A DNA stretch of 64,000 nt, taken from assembly GCA_049287205.1 (NCBI GenBank), contig JBAQFJ010000001.1:383041-447040 (forward strand), in the 5' to 3' direction. Every line of letters starts with the position of its first letter. Position 1 is the first letter of the stretch. Below the pieces are notes generated by a model that searched no databases, was not told the DNA's origin, and saw only the letters and a list, made by a program, of their open reading frames with translations. Origin of the DNA: Microgenomates group bacterium. GTDB lineage: Bacteria > Patescibacteriota > Microgenomatia > UBA10105 > UBA927. This document shows positions 17,259-27,878 of this stretch, piece by piece. A program made the translations under genes and the position numbers.

Positions 17259-19015
17259 AAAATGAAACTAATACCTGCAAAACCAATCGGAATAAGCAGC
17301 CAATACATCGGTGTTACCGTATAGGTAAAACTGGTAATTTCGCCGTTTACCGATACATCGATTGTGCCTTTTCCCGTTGCAACGTAGCTAGTTATTGGAA
17401 TATGAATCGGTACAGTCAAAATGCCGAATGGCGGCACCGCTTTTTCGGTGTTTGTCACGTGCAAAACATAGGGATTGGCGTCGACTGCGATATTGACTTC
17501 CGGCGCAGTAACATTTCCTAAGTTTTCTATCTGTATGGATCCGTCTAAACTTTTACCCGCATGCACACTGGATGGCAAAAGAAATGTTGTTCTAAAACTC
17601 GCATTCGCGATAGTTTTTACCACAGGAGCAAAAGTGACGGAAACATTTTTTCGGGGAATTGTTCCTTCTTTGTATGATCCGGCGGGATACGGTGTTTCGC
17701 TGGAAATGCCATGAATGACGAATGCGATGTGGTTAAAATCAAACACATCAAAGTAGTTAATACCCCCCGTTGTATGCGCCCACGTCGGATCAATTTGTAC
17801 CCACTGTTTCCGCGTGCCGTCGTAATATTCTGGCCAAGCATGTAATACGTCAGATCCTGTTAACAATGGACGAAGCCGGGTATCTGTTGTGTATGCATAG
17901 CCTATGACTTCCCGCGCAGGAATTCCTGCGGCACGGGCAAGAGCAATAAAAAGGTCGGTAAATTCGGTACAAACACTTGTATTAGGATCTGTAAGCGCTG
18001 TAACAGCACCTTTTCTGATTGTTTCATCCGTGTCGTTTTTTTGATAATTCAGCGTTTCAACAACATAGTTGTAGATGGCACGTGGCGTGGTATATTTTTT
18101 CGCTAAATCCTGTATGGTACTGTTTTGCGTTTCCCAATACCGGTCTTGTTTCAGATACGCTTGTACGTCTGACACTGTCTCACTGTATGTAGTTTTTGGT
18201 TTGTTATATGTTTGTATGTGAAGTTTTGCGACAACATCAACGCGTTGTTTTGCGGTTAATTCAAATGACGCAATCCAGTTGCCATCCGCATCCTTTTTCA
18301 TTTCTTTTGGTTTGGGAGTTACGGAATCAATGCTGATTGTTTGGTATGCGTTGTCAGCGGGTATGGTTAGTGTCAGTAGTTTTGCTGATAATGTGTCGTT
18401 TTCCAGCGGATAGGTAAGATTGGCAACATAAGATTGAAATTCTCCATATGCAGCGTTAATGCCGCCATAGATCAGTTGTTCTTTTGTCCAACGATTTCCT
18501 GAAGCAGGGAGCGGTGTCATGTATGCGTTTTGAGGAAAAGATGCGGGTGTTTGGAGCGATACAGTATATTCACCCAAACTTTCGTCATTTTCTACTCCAG
18601 GAATATGAATTTCCCAGATATTGCCGAGTTGGCGAGCTATATCAGCATTTTCATATCGGATATTAAACACAAGTTTTTTATCGATACCGACAATTTTTTC
18701 GTTAAATTGCACCGTGATGTTTGTTGTGCCGTCTTGCTGTGTAATTTTTGGTGTTATAACGCCCTTTTGATCATAAGCAATGACGTTTTTTATATTTTCG
18801 CTGTCAATGGAAATGGTATATTGCTTTGGATACAGATTCGATTGTTTGTTCGTAAGCGTTATGTTCTGCGTGACAATCGTTGTTCCCGTTGGAGAAACAG
18901 CATATTGTGTATCATAATCCGCTTGGAAATCTGCAGCCTGTAGGATGGTTGACGGGATAAAATAAAGAGATAGCGCAATAAAAAAATACAGAAGACGCAG
19001 TGCTATTTTTTTCAT
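17228..19015 (-). CDS. transglutaminase-like domain protein with signal peptide and C-terminal TM anchor
   Basis: Core TEFTDLFIALARAAGIPAREVIGY ... HAWPEYY ... DPTW (Cys-His-Asp transglutaminase core). Confidence 0.65.
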   Translation of the reverse strand: MKKIALRLLYFFIALSLYFIPSTILQAADFQADYDTQYAVSPTGTTIVTQNITLTNKQSNLYPKQYTISIDSENIKNVIAYDQKGVITPKITQQDGTTNITVQFNEKIVGIDKKLVFNIRYENADIARQLGNIWEIHIPGVENDESLGEYTVSLQTPASFPQNAYMTPLPASGNRWTKEQLIYGGINAAYGEFQSYVANLTYPLENDTLSAKLLTLTIPADNAYQTISIDSVTPKPKEMKKDADGNWIASFELTAKQRVDVVAKLHIQTYNKPKTTYSETVSDVQAYLKQDRYWETQNSTIQDLAKKYTTPRAIYNYVVETLNYQKNDTDETIRKGAVTALTDPNTSVCTEFTDLFIALARAAGIPAREVIGYAYTTDTRLRPLLTGSDVLHAWPEYYDGTRKQWVQIDPTWAHTTGGINYFDVFDFNHIAFVIHGISSETPYPAGSYKEGTIPRKNVSVTFAPVVKTIANASFRTTFLLPSSVHAGKSLDGSIQIENLGNVTAPEVNIAVDANPYVLHVTNTEKAVPPFGILTVPIHIPITSYVATGKGTIDVSVNGEITSFTYTVTPMYWLLIPIGFAGISFILCIWWILRKK

Positions 19016-21966
19016 ACTAATGTTTTTAAGAACGCACCTGTTGCTGACAGCGGATTTTTTGCAATTGCGGTCGGTGACCCTTCGGCAATAATTTTTCCTC
19101 CTCCGTCTCCCCCTTCAGGTCCCATGTCAATTATCCAGTCCGCATTCTTTATTATATCCAAATTGTGTTCAATAACGATAACGGTATTTCCATAGGCGGT
19201 TAACCGGTCGAGCACATGCAAGAGTTTCTCAAGATCGGAAAAATGGAGTCCTGTGGTTGGCTCATCAAGCACGTACACTGTTTTTCCTGTAGCTCTGCGT
19301 GAAAGTTCAGTTGCGAGTTTTACCCGTTGCGCCTCTCCTCCTGAGAGTGTTGTTGCGGACTGACCGAGTTTCATATACCCGAGTCCCACGTCTTGCAGTG
19401 TTTTTAGTTTCTCCGCAACACCCGAATGACTTTTAAAGAAGGTGACTGCTTCGTCAATACTCATTGCTAACACGTCGGCAATATTTTTTCCATGATATAA
19501 CACCTCTAACGTTTCTTGGTTATACCGCAATCCATGACAGACTTCACATGTGACAAAAACATCAGAGAGAAATTGCATCTCAATTCGTTTTTGGCCTTCT
19601 CCTTCACACCCTTCGCATCTGCCGCCTTTTACATTAAAAGAAAATCTTCCGCCGGTATACCCTTTTGCTTTTGCCTCAGGCATCATTGCGAATAATTCAC
19701 GGATATAGGTAAATAGACCCGTGTATGTTGCGGGATTGCTTCTGGGTGTTCTTCCGATTGGTGACTGGTCAATGAGAATTGTTTTATCAATTTTTTCCAA
19801 ACCGTCAATGCGTTCATAGCTTCCCGGTTTATCTTTTACCATCGGACTAAAATGGCGTTGCATCGCCTTAAACAATGTGTCAACAATAAGTGAGGATTTG
19901 CCGCTTCCGGATAATCCCGTGACACAAACCAATTTACCGAGCGGTATGGAAACGGTGACGTTTTTCAGATTATTATGTGTCGCATGTACCAGTGTCAGTT
20001 TTGCATGTTCATCTTCTGTCTTATCGGGAATTTGGAGATGGCTAAATCCCGTGAATGATCGTGTAATTATTTTCTTATTTGATAAATATTCGGCGGTTAA
20101 AGAATTCGTTTTCAGGAGTTCATCATGTGTTCCGGCTGCCACAATTTGCCCGCCTAAATTTCCTGCACCCGGTCCAAAATCGACAATGTGATCAGCATTC
20201 TCCATCATTTCCCGATCATGTTCCACCACAATCACTGTGTTTCCAAGATCTCGGAGGTGTTTTAAGGTATCAATGAGTCGTTTATTGTCCCGTTGATGGA
20301 GTCCGATGGATGGCTCATCAAGCACATATAATACACCGGAGAGTCCGGAACCGATTTGAGAAGCAAGTCTGATACGTTGTGCTTCTCCACCTGATAAGGA
20401 TATTGCACCACGAGCGAGGGTGAGATAGGAAAGTCCCACGTCAAGCAAAAACTTTAATCGTGTTTGAATTTCCTTTAAAATCGGTTCTGCGATTGTCTGT
20501 TCCCTGTCGCTTAAGATGCCCTTTTCATTTGCCTGCAGTCTTCGTGCCCAATGTTCAGATTCGGTAATGGAGAGTTGTGTGGCATCATGAATCGAAAATC
20601 CGTCAACAGTCACCGTCAGCACATCTTTTTTTAAGCGTGCGCCGTGGCAGGTTTCACAAATTTCTTCACGCATAAATTTTTCGATTTCTTCCCGTACCCA
20701 AGCGCTTGTTGTCTCCTTATGTCGTTTTTTCATTTCAGCGATAAATCCGTGGAATGATTCGTGGATGGTCGTAACTTCGCCGAATCTGTTTGTGCCTTCG
20801 ACGGTATATACCTCATCTCCTGTTCCATAGAGAAGAATATCTTTTTGTTTTTTTGTCAATTGTTTGATTGGTTTTTTTATATCAATGCCTGTGGCTGTAG
20901 CAACGGTTGTGATAACTCTGGAAAACCATGTGTCGTGTTCAAATGTGTTGGCAAACGGAAGCACTCCGCCTTCTGATATGGAAAGTTCCTCGCTGAACAT
21001 CATGGTTGGATCGACAGTCAGAATATAGCCAATCCCTCCGCAGGTTGGACATGCACCGTGCGGTGTATTGAAGGAAAACATGCGCGGCTCCAACTCCGGA
21101 ATTGATGTTGCATCCACAGGACAAGAAAAATGTTCTGAGTAGCTGGTTGTATGTATTTTTTTGGGCTTTTCAGGAAATGTAAATGCAGCGTCCCCGACAG
21201 CACCGACAACAACAAGACCCCCTGATAAAACAAGCGCCTGTTCAACACTGTCAGTAAGCCGGGAAATAATTGTTTTTTTGCCTTCCTCATGACGAAGCGT
21301 TGGTTTATCAACGGTTACTTTATCAATAACGACATCAATTGAGTGTTTATTTGTTTTAATAAGAAACACATCCTCATCAATATTGTAGAATACGCCGTCG
21401 ACACGAACCGTTTTATATCCTTTTGCCTTCAGATTTTGAAATAATCCCGAATATTCACCTTTTCTGTCGCGTATTACCGGAGACAATATCATCAAGAATG
21501 CGCTTTTTTTTGTGGCACTGGTCAACTGTTCCTTTGCTTCCTCCAGAATTTTTAAAACGATCTGTGAAGAAGTCATTTTGGAAATTTCTCTGCCGCAGAT
21601 CAAACAATGCGGGTGACCAATGCGGGCATAGAGAAGACGCATATAATCATAAATTTCTGTAACTGTGCCGACCGTAGACCTTGGATTATGTGACGTGGAT
21701 TTTTGGTCAATGGAAATTGCGGGAGAAAGCCCTATAATGTTGTCGACATCGGGTTTATCCATAATTCCCAAAAACTGCCGTGCATAGGAAGAAAGTGATT
21801 CAACATATCTTCTCTGGCCTTCTGCGTATATCGTATCAAACGCAAGAGATGATTTTCCTGATCCTGATACTCCCGTAAATACCACGAGTTTATTTTTCGG
21901 TAACGTACAAGTGATGTTTTTGAGATTATGCTGTCGGGCTCCTGTAATAATAATTTTATCGTCCAT
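19012..21966 (-). CDS. uvrA: excinuclease ABC subunit A (UvrA)
   Basis: 984 aa; two ABC ATPase modules ([29 protein letters not shown] signatures) and zinc-finger CxxC pairs. Confidence 0.95.
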   Translation of the reverse strand: MDDKIIITGARQHNLKNITCTLPKNKLVVFTGVSGSGKSSLAFDTIYAEGQRRYVESLSSYARQFLGIMDKPDVDNIIGLSPAISIDQKSTSHNPRSTVGTVTEIYDYMRLLYARIGHPHCLICGREISKMTSSQIVLKILEEAKEQLTSATKKSAFLMILSPVIRDRKGEYSGLFQNLKAKGYKTVRVDGVFYNIDEDVFLIKTNKHSIDVVIDKVTVDKPTLRHEEGKKTIISRLTDSVEQALVLSGGLVVVGAVGDAAFTFPEKPKKIHTTSYSEHFSCPVDATSIPELEPRMFSFNTPHGACPTCGGIGYILTVDPTMMFSEELSISEGGVLPFANTFEHDTWFSRVITTVATATGIDIKKPIKQLTKKQKDILLYGTGDEVYTVEGTNRFGEVTTIHESFHGFIAEMKKRHKETTSAWVREEIEKFMREEICETCHGARLKKDVLTVTVDGFSIHDATQLSITESEHWARRLQANEKGILSDREQTIAEPILKEIQTRLKFLLDVGLSYLTLARGAISLSGGEAQRIRLASQIGSGLSGVLYVLDEPSIGLHQRDNKRLIDTLKHLRDLGNTVIVVEHDREMMENADHIVDFGPGAGNLGGQIVAAGTHDELLKTNSLTAEYLSNKKIITRSFTGFSHLQIPDKTEDEHAKLTLVHATHNNLKNVTVSIPLGKLVCVTGLSGSGKSSLIVDTLFKAMQRHFSPMVKDKPGSYERIDGLEKIDKTILIDQSPIGRTPRSNPATYTGLFTYIRELFAMMPEAKAKGYTGGRFSFNVKGGRCEGCEGEGQKRIEMQFLSDVFVTCEVCHGLRYNQETLEVLYHGKNIADVLAMSIDEAVTFFKSHSGVAEKLKTLQDVGLGYMKLGQSATTLSGGEAQRVKLATELSRRATGKTVYVLDEPTTGLHFSDLEKLLHVLDRLTAYGNTVIVIEHNLDIIKNADWIIDMGPEGGDGGGKIIAEGSPTAIAKNPLSATGAFLKTLV

Positions 21967-22035
21967 AGATGAATTGGTACACCAACAATAAATACCGCGA
22001 AATGTTCCGTGGCAAGGGTCTATTATAGCGCATTT

Positions 22036-24042
22036 TTATGACTTTATCTTCCTGATAAAGTCACGAATTTGCATAGCTTCTTCAAATTTAAGATTTTTTG
22101 CCGATTGTTGCATTCTGCTTCTCATTTTTTTAACGAGTGCATCTTTATCCAATGGGGTCATGGATTCTAATTTACTGTCGGTGTAGAGATCCATATCCGT
22201 GTATGCTTCTTCTTTCCGCCTTGCTTCATCCGTCCACTCGGCAATGAGTCCCATTCTGATTGGTTTTTGGATTGTAGTCGGCGTTATATGATATTTTTTG
22301 TTATATGTTTCCTGTACACTTCGTCTCCGTTCAACTTCATTTACTGCCGCAGTAATGGATTTTGTCATAACGTCGGCATACAAAATAACGGTACCTTTGA
22401 TGTGTCTTGCGGCTCTTCCCATTGTTTGGATAAGACTGACTCTGCTTCTTAAAAATCCTTCTTTGTCAGCATCCAGTATTGCAACAAGTGAGACTTCCGG
22501 AAGATCAAGTCCTTCCCGAAGCAGGTTTACACCAATAATGACATCAAACTTTCCTTTTCGTAAATTTGCAAGAATTGCGGTGCGTTCCATTGTGAGCACG
22601 TCAGAATGAATAAATTCAACTAATATGTTTTTTTGTTTCAGATACGTAGTTAAATCTTCCGCCATTTGTTTGGTGAGCGTTGTCACAATGACGCGTTCAT
22701 GCAATTTGACTCGTTTTTGAATTTCCATTTCAAGATCCGCAATCTGTCCCTTAGCAGGACGAATAGAAATAATTGGGTCAAGCAACCCTGTCGGACGCAC
22801 AAGCTGTTCTGCGACTGTGTCAGCCCGTGAGAGCTCCCAATCATCGGGTGTTGCTGATACATAGACTGTTTGCGGACGGCGCCTCAAAAATTCGTCAAAC
22901 GTGAGCGGCCGATTATCCATTGCTGATGGAAGTCTGAATCCATAGTCTACCAATGTTTGTTTCCTCGATCTGTCTCCGTTGTACATACCTCTGATTTGTG
23001 GAACTGTCATATGAGATTCGTCGATGAACAGAAGCCAAGGTGTGTCTTTGGTCGCCTCTTCAAAATAATCGAGCAAGGTAAACGGTGCATCTCCCGGCTT
23101 TCGTCCGTCAAAGTACCGTGAATAGTTTTCAATGCCATTGGTGTAGCCTACTTCAGCAATCATCTCGAGGTCATGCGTAACGCGTTCATATATGCGTTGC
23201 GCTTCGATAAGCTTACCCTGACTTTTAAATAAGGCAACTTGTTGTTCCATGTCTTTTTGAATGACTTTAAAGACTTCTTTATATGTTGTTGGGTCCGTCA
23301 TGTAGTGTTTTGCTGGATATATGAGCGCTGCAGGTTGTGTATCAATAACATCACCGGTTGTCGGGTTGATGTGCGCAATTGTTTTTAAAACATTTTTATC
23401 TAGTTCCAAACGAATGAGCTGATCCTCATATGCAGGGAATACGTCAATGGTTTCCCCTCGTACACGAAATAATCCGCGGTTTACTTCCCAGGCATTCCTC
23501 GCATATTGGAGCTGCACTAATCGGGTGATGATGTCTTCCCGCCTGATTTTCATGCCTGTTTTGAGTTCTAGGGCAAAATGTCCGTATTCGCGCGGAGAAC
23601 CGATGTTATAAATACAGGAAACGGATGCAACGACGATTGCGTCAGGTCGCGTTAAGATATTTGCCGTTGCGGCAAGCCTCAGTTTATCGATTTCTTCATT
23701 TATTTGTGTTTCTTTTTCTATATACGTATCTGATGCGGGCAAATAGGACTCCGGCTGATAATAATCGTAATAGGAGACAAAGTAGGAAACGGCATTTTCC
23801 GGAAAGAAATCCCGAAACTCCTGATATAACTGGGCAGCCAGTGTTTTATTATGCGAAATTATCAGTGTCGGTCGTTGCACTCGCTCAATGACATTGGCCA
23901 TGGTGAACGTTTTTCCGCTTCCTGTGACCCCGACAAGCACAAGATCCTTTTTGTTTTCAATAATTTTTTTGACAAGTGCGTCGATTGCTTCCGGTTGATC
24001 ACCAGTTGGAGTCATTGAGCTTGATAATGTAAATCGTTTCAT
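22036..24042 (-). CDS. uvrB: excinuclease ABC subunit B (UvrB)
   Basis: GVTGSGKTFTMANVI helicase motif I, DESH box, C-terminal UVR motif. Confidence 0.95.
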   Translation of the reverse strand: MKRFTLSSSMTPTGDQPEAIDALVKKIIENKKDLVLVGVTGSGKTFTMANVIERVQRPTLIISHNKTLAAQLYQEFRDFFPENAVSYFVSYYDYYQPESYLPASDTYIEKETQINEEIDKLRLAATANILTRPDAIVVASVSCIYNIGSPREYGHFALELKTGMKIRREDIITRLVQLQYARNAWEVNRGLFRVRGETIDVFPAYEDQLIRLELDKNVLKTIAHINPTTGDVIDTQPAALIYPAKHYMTDPTTYKEVFKVIQKDMEQQVALFKSQGKLIEAQRIYERVTHDLEMIAEVGYTNGIENYSRYFDGRKPGDAPFTLLDYFEEATKDTPWLLFIDESHMTVPQIRGMYNGDRSRKQTLVDYGFRLPSAMDNRPLTFDEFLRRRPQTVYVSATPDDWELSRADTVAEQLVRPTGLLDPIISIRPAKGQIADLEMEIQKRVKLHERVIVTTLTKQMAEDLTTYLKQKNILVEFIHSDVLTMERTAILANLRKGKFDVIIGVNLLREGLDLPEVSLVAILDADKEGFLRSRVSLIQTMGRAARHIKGTVILYADVMTKSITAAVNEVERRRSVQETYNKKYHITPTTIQKPIRMGLIAEWTDEARRKEEAYTDMDLYTDSKLESMTPLDKDALVKKMRSRMQQSAKNLKFEEAMQIRDFIRKIKS

Positions 24043-24163
24043 ATAATCCGTACGGGTTATTTCAAATTTGATATGGTTTGTTTCTGTTTACTAGTATTGA
24101 CTGTTCGTGTTTATTATGGAATACTACAAATAATAGTAACACACATTCGGTTTTTATACGACT

Positions 24164-24793
24164 ATGCCATCAACACTTTATCCGAAAGAAAGACAGCTCT
24201 TAGAGTTTATCACGCAGTTCATGCAACGGTACGGGTACGCACCTACCCTCAAAGAAATGGGGGCAGCTGTGGGAATCGGCTCCGTTGCAACAGTGCATGA
24301 ACATATTAGCCGTCTTCGGGATAAAGGATTTGTTAAAAAATTGGATGGTACCGCAAGAGGTCTTGAGATTATCAAAACACAATATCGCGCAGGGTCTACA
24401 GAAGCTGCTGTTGAACTCCCTATCCTAGGCTACATTGCCGCAGGACAGCCGCTTGAGCCGTTCACCGATCCTAGTCAATATATGGCCGTTGCGCCCAACA
24501 TGATCAGTCAGGAAAAGGCAAATTACGTGTTGCAAGTAAAAGGAACATCTATGATTGAAGATGGAATCTTAGATGGAGATTATGTCGTTGTACAGCACCA
24601 ACAGGATGCAAAAAATGGTGATATCGTTGTTGCCTTGTTGCCGAACGGATTTGCAACACTCAAACGCATTTATTTTGAGAAAGATCGCATTAAGCTGATG
24701 CCTGCAAATTCCGCCATGTCCCCTATTTTTACAACCCACGTAAAGATTCAGGGACGGGTCGTGGGAGTCATCCGTCGGTATTCTGTTTCCTAA
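24164..24793 (+). CDS. lexA: LexA repressor (S24 peptidase)
   Basis: N-terminal wHTH (LKEMGAAVGIGSVATVHEHISRL), Ala-Gly cleavage site, S24 catalytic region (GTSM...GDIVVAL). Divergent from uvrB. Confidence 0.9.
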   Translation: MPSTLYPKERQLLEFITQFMQRYGYAPTLKEMGAAVGIGSVATVHEHISRLRDKGFVKKLDGTARGLEIIKTQYRAGSTEAAVELPILGYIAAGQPLEPFTDPSQYMAVAPNMISQEKANYVLQVKGTSMIEDGILDGDYVVVQHQQDAKNGDIVVALLPNGFATLKRIYFEKDRIKLMPANSAMSPIFTTHVKIQGRVVGVIRRYSVS

Positions 24794-24811
24794 ATCGGGT
24801 ATAATAGCTTC

Positions 24812-25495
24812 ATGGGTACATTATTTTTGGTTTCCACGCCAATCGGCAACATTGATGACGTAACAATCCGCGCACTAAAAACGCTGTTTTCTGTTGAAGT
24901 GATTGCATGCGAGGACACAAGACAAACAGGACAACTTCTTTCTATTTTAAAAGAGCGTTTCCCATCTTTTGTTGGAGCGAGTACACCAAAACTGATTGCG
25001 TATCACGATAAAAACGAAGAAAAACTTGTTCCTGAAATCATCACAATGATTGAATCCGGCACAAGGGTAGCACTTGTATCTGATGCGGGTACTCCGCTTA
25101 TTTCTGATCCGGGCTACCGACTCGTACAAATTGCCATAAAGCGAGGCATTACTGTTACACCTGTACCGGGAGCTTCTGCAATCTTGCCGGCACTCCAACT
25201 TTCCGGGTTTCCCGTAAATCACTGGACATTTGTCGGGTATTTACCGGAGAAACAATCGCACCGCATGAAATTGCTTGAAGAACTGAAAACTGCAGATAAC
25301 ACGGTCATATCCTATTGCGCACCACATAAACTTGCATTAACGCTTGTTGATTTGGAAGCTGTTTTTGGTTCGTCAAAACAAATTGCAGTTGTAAGAGAAC
25401 TTACAAAAGTGCATGAAGATGTATGGCGTGGAACAATAGCAGATGCTCATACCGCCTGTGCCGATCCCAAAGGTGAAATTGTTCTTGTTTTTTAA
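24812..25495 (+). CDS. rsmI: 16S rRNA (cytidine1402-2'-O)-methyltransferase RsmI
   Basis: LFLVSTPIGNIDDVTIRAL ... ACEDTR tetrapyrrole-methylase-fold signature of RsmI. Confidence 0.85.
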   Translation: MGTLFLVSTPIGNIDDVTIRALKTLFSVEVIACEDTRQTGQLLSILKERFPSFVGASTPKLIAYHDKNEEKLVPEIITMIESGTRVALVSDAGTPLISDPGYRLVQIAIKRGITVTPVPGASAILPALQLSGFPVNHWTFVGYLPEKQSHRMKLLEELKTADNTVISYCAPHKLALTLVDLEAVFGSSKQIAVVRELTKVHEDVWRGTIADAHTACADPKGEIVLVF

Positions 25496-25553
25496 TATCT
25501 TGTTTCTTCCAGAGGTTCTTGTTATATTTTCCTTCAGTAATAGCACATGCGTC

Positions 25554-25575
25554 TATACATTGTCTGCAATGTATA
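25554..25575. promoter_or_regulatory. perfect 9-bp inverted repeat TATACATTG-tctg-CAATGTATA in a 200-bp intergenic region
   Basis: Seen directly. AT-rich, so more operator-like than terminator-like; about 125 bp upstream of the ORF at 25701. Confidence 0.4.
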
Positions 25576-25700
25576 CAAGAAGCAGTGTGATACTTTTTTG
25601 CACGTTACCAAGTACAGTTTTGTGTGGACAGGATTTTGGACGTCAAACAGAAATTTGATGTATAAAAGACTGTCCATACATTACAGATTAAGGGAGAAAA

Positions 25701-26006
25701 ATGAAGACAAAGAAGTTTATGCTACGAATTGATAATGCTGTGTATGTTGTTGCTCTTGATACGGAAAAAGGTAAAATCGTGTTATCTGGATCCTGCGTGC
25801 AAGGAAGAAATGTTTTTACATACACCATTGTTGGTGATCATCTGCAATTAAAAATGGGGTATCATGCGTTTTTGAATATGACTGCCGAAGAGGTAGCCTG
25901 CATGCTCGGTGCGCCGCTTGCAACGAAACCTACATTCCTAGAAACCATGTTTTTTGCCGAAGGTTTCATTCTCTTCTCCTTCTTGATCCTGTACCAGAAC
26001 GTGTAA
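25701..26006 (+). CDS. hypothetical protein (101 aa), hydrophobic C-terminal tail
   Basis: Good SD (TTAAGGGAGAAAA ATG). Its own intergenic leader upstream and a nested-hairpin terminator immediately downstream. Confidence 0.45.
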   Translation: MKTKKFMLRIDNAVYVVALDTEKGKIVLSGSCVQGRNVFTYTIVGDHLQLKMGYHAFLNMTAEEVACMLGAPLATKPTFLETMFFAEGFILFSFLILYQNV

Positions 26007-26056
26007 AACACTCCCGACCAATTTGTTGGTCTTTCTTAAATGATAGGGAGTGTTTT
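26005..26056. terminator. nested-hairpin element / bidirectional terminator (member 2 of 3)
   Basis: Outer stem AAAACACTCCC/GGGAGTGTTTT encloses GACCAA-tttg-TTGGTC; T-runs on both sides. Between convergent genes. Confidence 0.55.
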
Positions 26057-26073
26057 ATTTGATAATGCTGTAT

Positions 26074-26841
26074 TTAGTTATGAAATCCGTGGGTAAATTC
26101 CGGCAGATGGATAATTGAAAATACATGATCAGGAGCAGGATGCGGATATTTCCCAAAGTATTCTGATTCCCGTGCAAGGACAACAAGCGGATGCCTCACG
26201 GTATCGGGTAAGCGGAGAATAGTATTCAATATTTTTTGTACCGCGATATCTGTTCCTCCTGTTGTGTATACATCATCAATCGTAAGAATACCTTTTCCGT
26301 AACGATTGTCCCGTAGGAGAATTGCTAAATCAGTCGCCGAAATTCCAAGAAATTTATCCGCATCACCTGATGTAACATTCCGGTACGCAATAGGTGCAAT
26401 AGCTGACTCTATCGCTACTTCATTTTCCTCCCTACCGCCCGGGAGAATAATGTAATTAATATGTTTGCCTAATGCGTGTGAAACAATGTCGACTGTTTCT
26501 TTAATTGAAGGAAGGGATTTTGAAGAATCCGGCGTCACTATTGTTGTCACTTCTTGTCCTTTACGCACCATTTCAAGAATCAAGTCTGCCCGTTCCACTG
26601 CAGATGCATGGGAAAGACCAACAGGAACACCTTTATGATCCGGATGTGTATCAAGCCACGCAATATAGATTGGATTCTCTTCGCCTCCAACATTCCTCAG
26701 TTCCAGAGGGAATTTTTGGCCCGCAAGATCTATTTCTAAAAATTTTCCGTCAGCTGTGATATGGCTCTCATCGTATTCTCGAATATACGGAATAACCTCA
26801 AAAGTTTTTAAATACCTTTGTGTTTCTTGCGTTGCGCTCAT
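26074..26841 (-). CDS. phosphoribosyltransferase-domain protein
   Basis: Type-I PRTase PRPP-binding motif ILTIDDVYTTGGT; extra N-terminal domain. Confidence 0.5.
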   Translation of the reverse strand: MSATQETQRYLKTFEVIPYIREYDESHITADGKFLEIDLAGQKFPLELRNVGGEENPIYIAWLDTHPDHKGVPVGLSHASAVERADLILEMVRKGQEVTTIVTPDSSKSLPSIKETVDIVSHALGKHINYIILPGGREENEVAIESAIAPIAYRNVTSGDADKFLGISATDLAILLRDNRYGKGILTIDDVYTTGGTDIAVQKILNTILRLPDTVRHPLVVLARESEYFGKYPHPAPDHVFSIIHLPEFTHGFHN

Positions 26842-26885
26842 ACAACGCTCATTGTAGGATAAAATGCCAAATAATCAAGAAGGAA

Positions 26886-27878
26886 TTAAAAACGTTCAAT
26901 GGTGGCTTTTGCATCTGTGTATATTCGCGACCATGCATCAATGTCTTTTGTATGAAGTAGTCCCTTTTGTGCACCCACATACCCAATAACAGATGCTGCA
27001 TTCATCGTTCCCCATTGGAGCGCTTGTTCGAATGATAGGTCTTTTAATATTGCAGCAACAAATGCCGAGTTAAACGCATCACCCGCTCCTGTTTTTTCCA
27101 CCACTGTTACCGGTATCACGGAACTTCGATAGTATTCCGAGCCGTTGTATGCAAATACGCCTTGTTTTCCGTCTGTGATGACAATGTGTTGCGGCCCCAA
27201 ATGTGCGAGCGTCTGTAATAATTCTTTTTCTTTTGTTTCACTATCGCTCAGTCCGGAAAAAATTTCGGCTTCCTGACGGTTGACGAATAATGTATTAGTT
27301 CTGGATAAAATAAAATGAATATCTTCTATAGGTGCACGTACCTGCAAACTTCCCGGATTAAAAAATAACGTCACTCCGGGATTTTCTTTTAACTGATTGA
27401 TAAGATCCCGATAGAAGGACATAAAGTTTTCACCCATGGAGGTAAGGTATACATAACAATCAGTACAGGGCTCTTTGGTAAATGTATATGTTTTTGGTGC
27501 GTGATAGGTGAGAATAGTTCGTTCCCCCTGATACACAATGACTGTTGAGTAATTCGAGGCAATTCCTGCTTTCATGGTCACATGTTGAGTATTTATCTGC
27601 TCTAGTTCCAAATGTTCATATATCATTTTACTGACACTGTCCGTGCCTATTGTTGTATAAATTGACGCAGGAATATCAAGACGCCTCAAGCCTATAGAAA
27701 CGTTTGCCGCGTTGCCGCCTGTTAAGTACGTGACGCTTTCAACAGGTATTTTGTCACCATACGAAAAGCAAAGGAATTTTTCGTTCTGTTTCATTTGACA
27801 GGATGCTTCTCCTGCTTTTGGCGTTAAAAATACATCTATGGTGACGTCGCCGATAACAACAACTGATTTATGATTCAT
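26886..27878 (-). CDS. PfkB-family carbohydrate kinase (ribokinase-like)
   Basis: VVVIGDVTIDVFL N-terminal motif, TGGNAANVS, C-terminal GAGDAFNSAFVAAIL. Start moved to MNHKSVVV; the longer track ORF would overlap fba by about 110 nt. Confidence 0.7.
   Translation of the reverse strand: MNHKSVVVIGDVTIDVFLTPKAGEASCQMKQNEKFLCFSYGDKIPVESVTYLTGGNAANVSIGLRRLDIPASIYTTIGTDSVSKMIYEHLELEQINTQHVTMKAGIASNYSTVIVYQGERTILTYHAPKTYTFTKEPCTDCYVYLTSMGENFMSFYRDLINQLKENPGVTLFFNPGSLQVRAPIEDIHFILSRTNTLFVNRQEAEIFSGLSDSETKEKELLQTLAHLGPQHIVITDGKQGVFAYNGSEYYRSSVIPVTVVEKTGAGDAFNSAFVAAILKDLSFEQALQWGTMNAASVIGYVGAQKGLLHTKDIDAWSRIYTDAKATIERF

Noticed and set aside
19877-21311. Several 60-100-aa ORFs antisense within uvrA, and similar antisense ORFs within uvrB, ppsA, eno, hppA and others
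   Set aside because: They lie fully inside well-supported long genes on the opposite strand, with no SDs. Expected by chance.
22040-22062. 9-bp perfect hairpin GACTTTATC-ttcct-GATAAAGTC
   Set aside because: Lies inside the last codons of uvrB (...DFIRKIKS) with no U-tract. This is coding-sequence coincidence, not a terminator.
24043-24163. Canonical LexA operators (Cheo box, E. coli SOS box) upstream of lexA/uvrB
   Set aside because: Not found. Only a weak shared TGTTC(C)GTG word, reported as a low-confidence finding rather than a feature.
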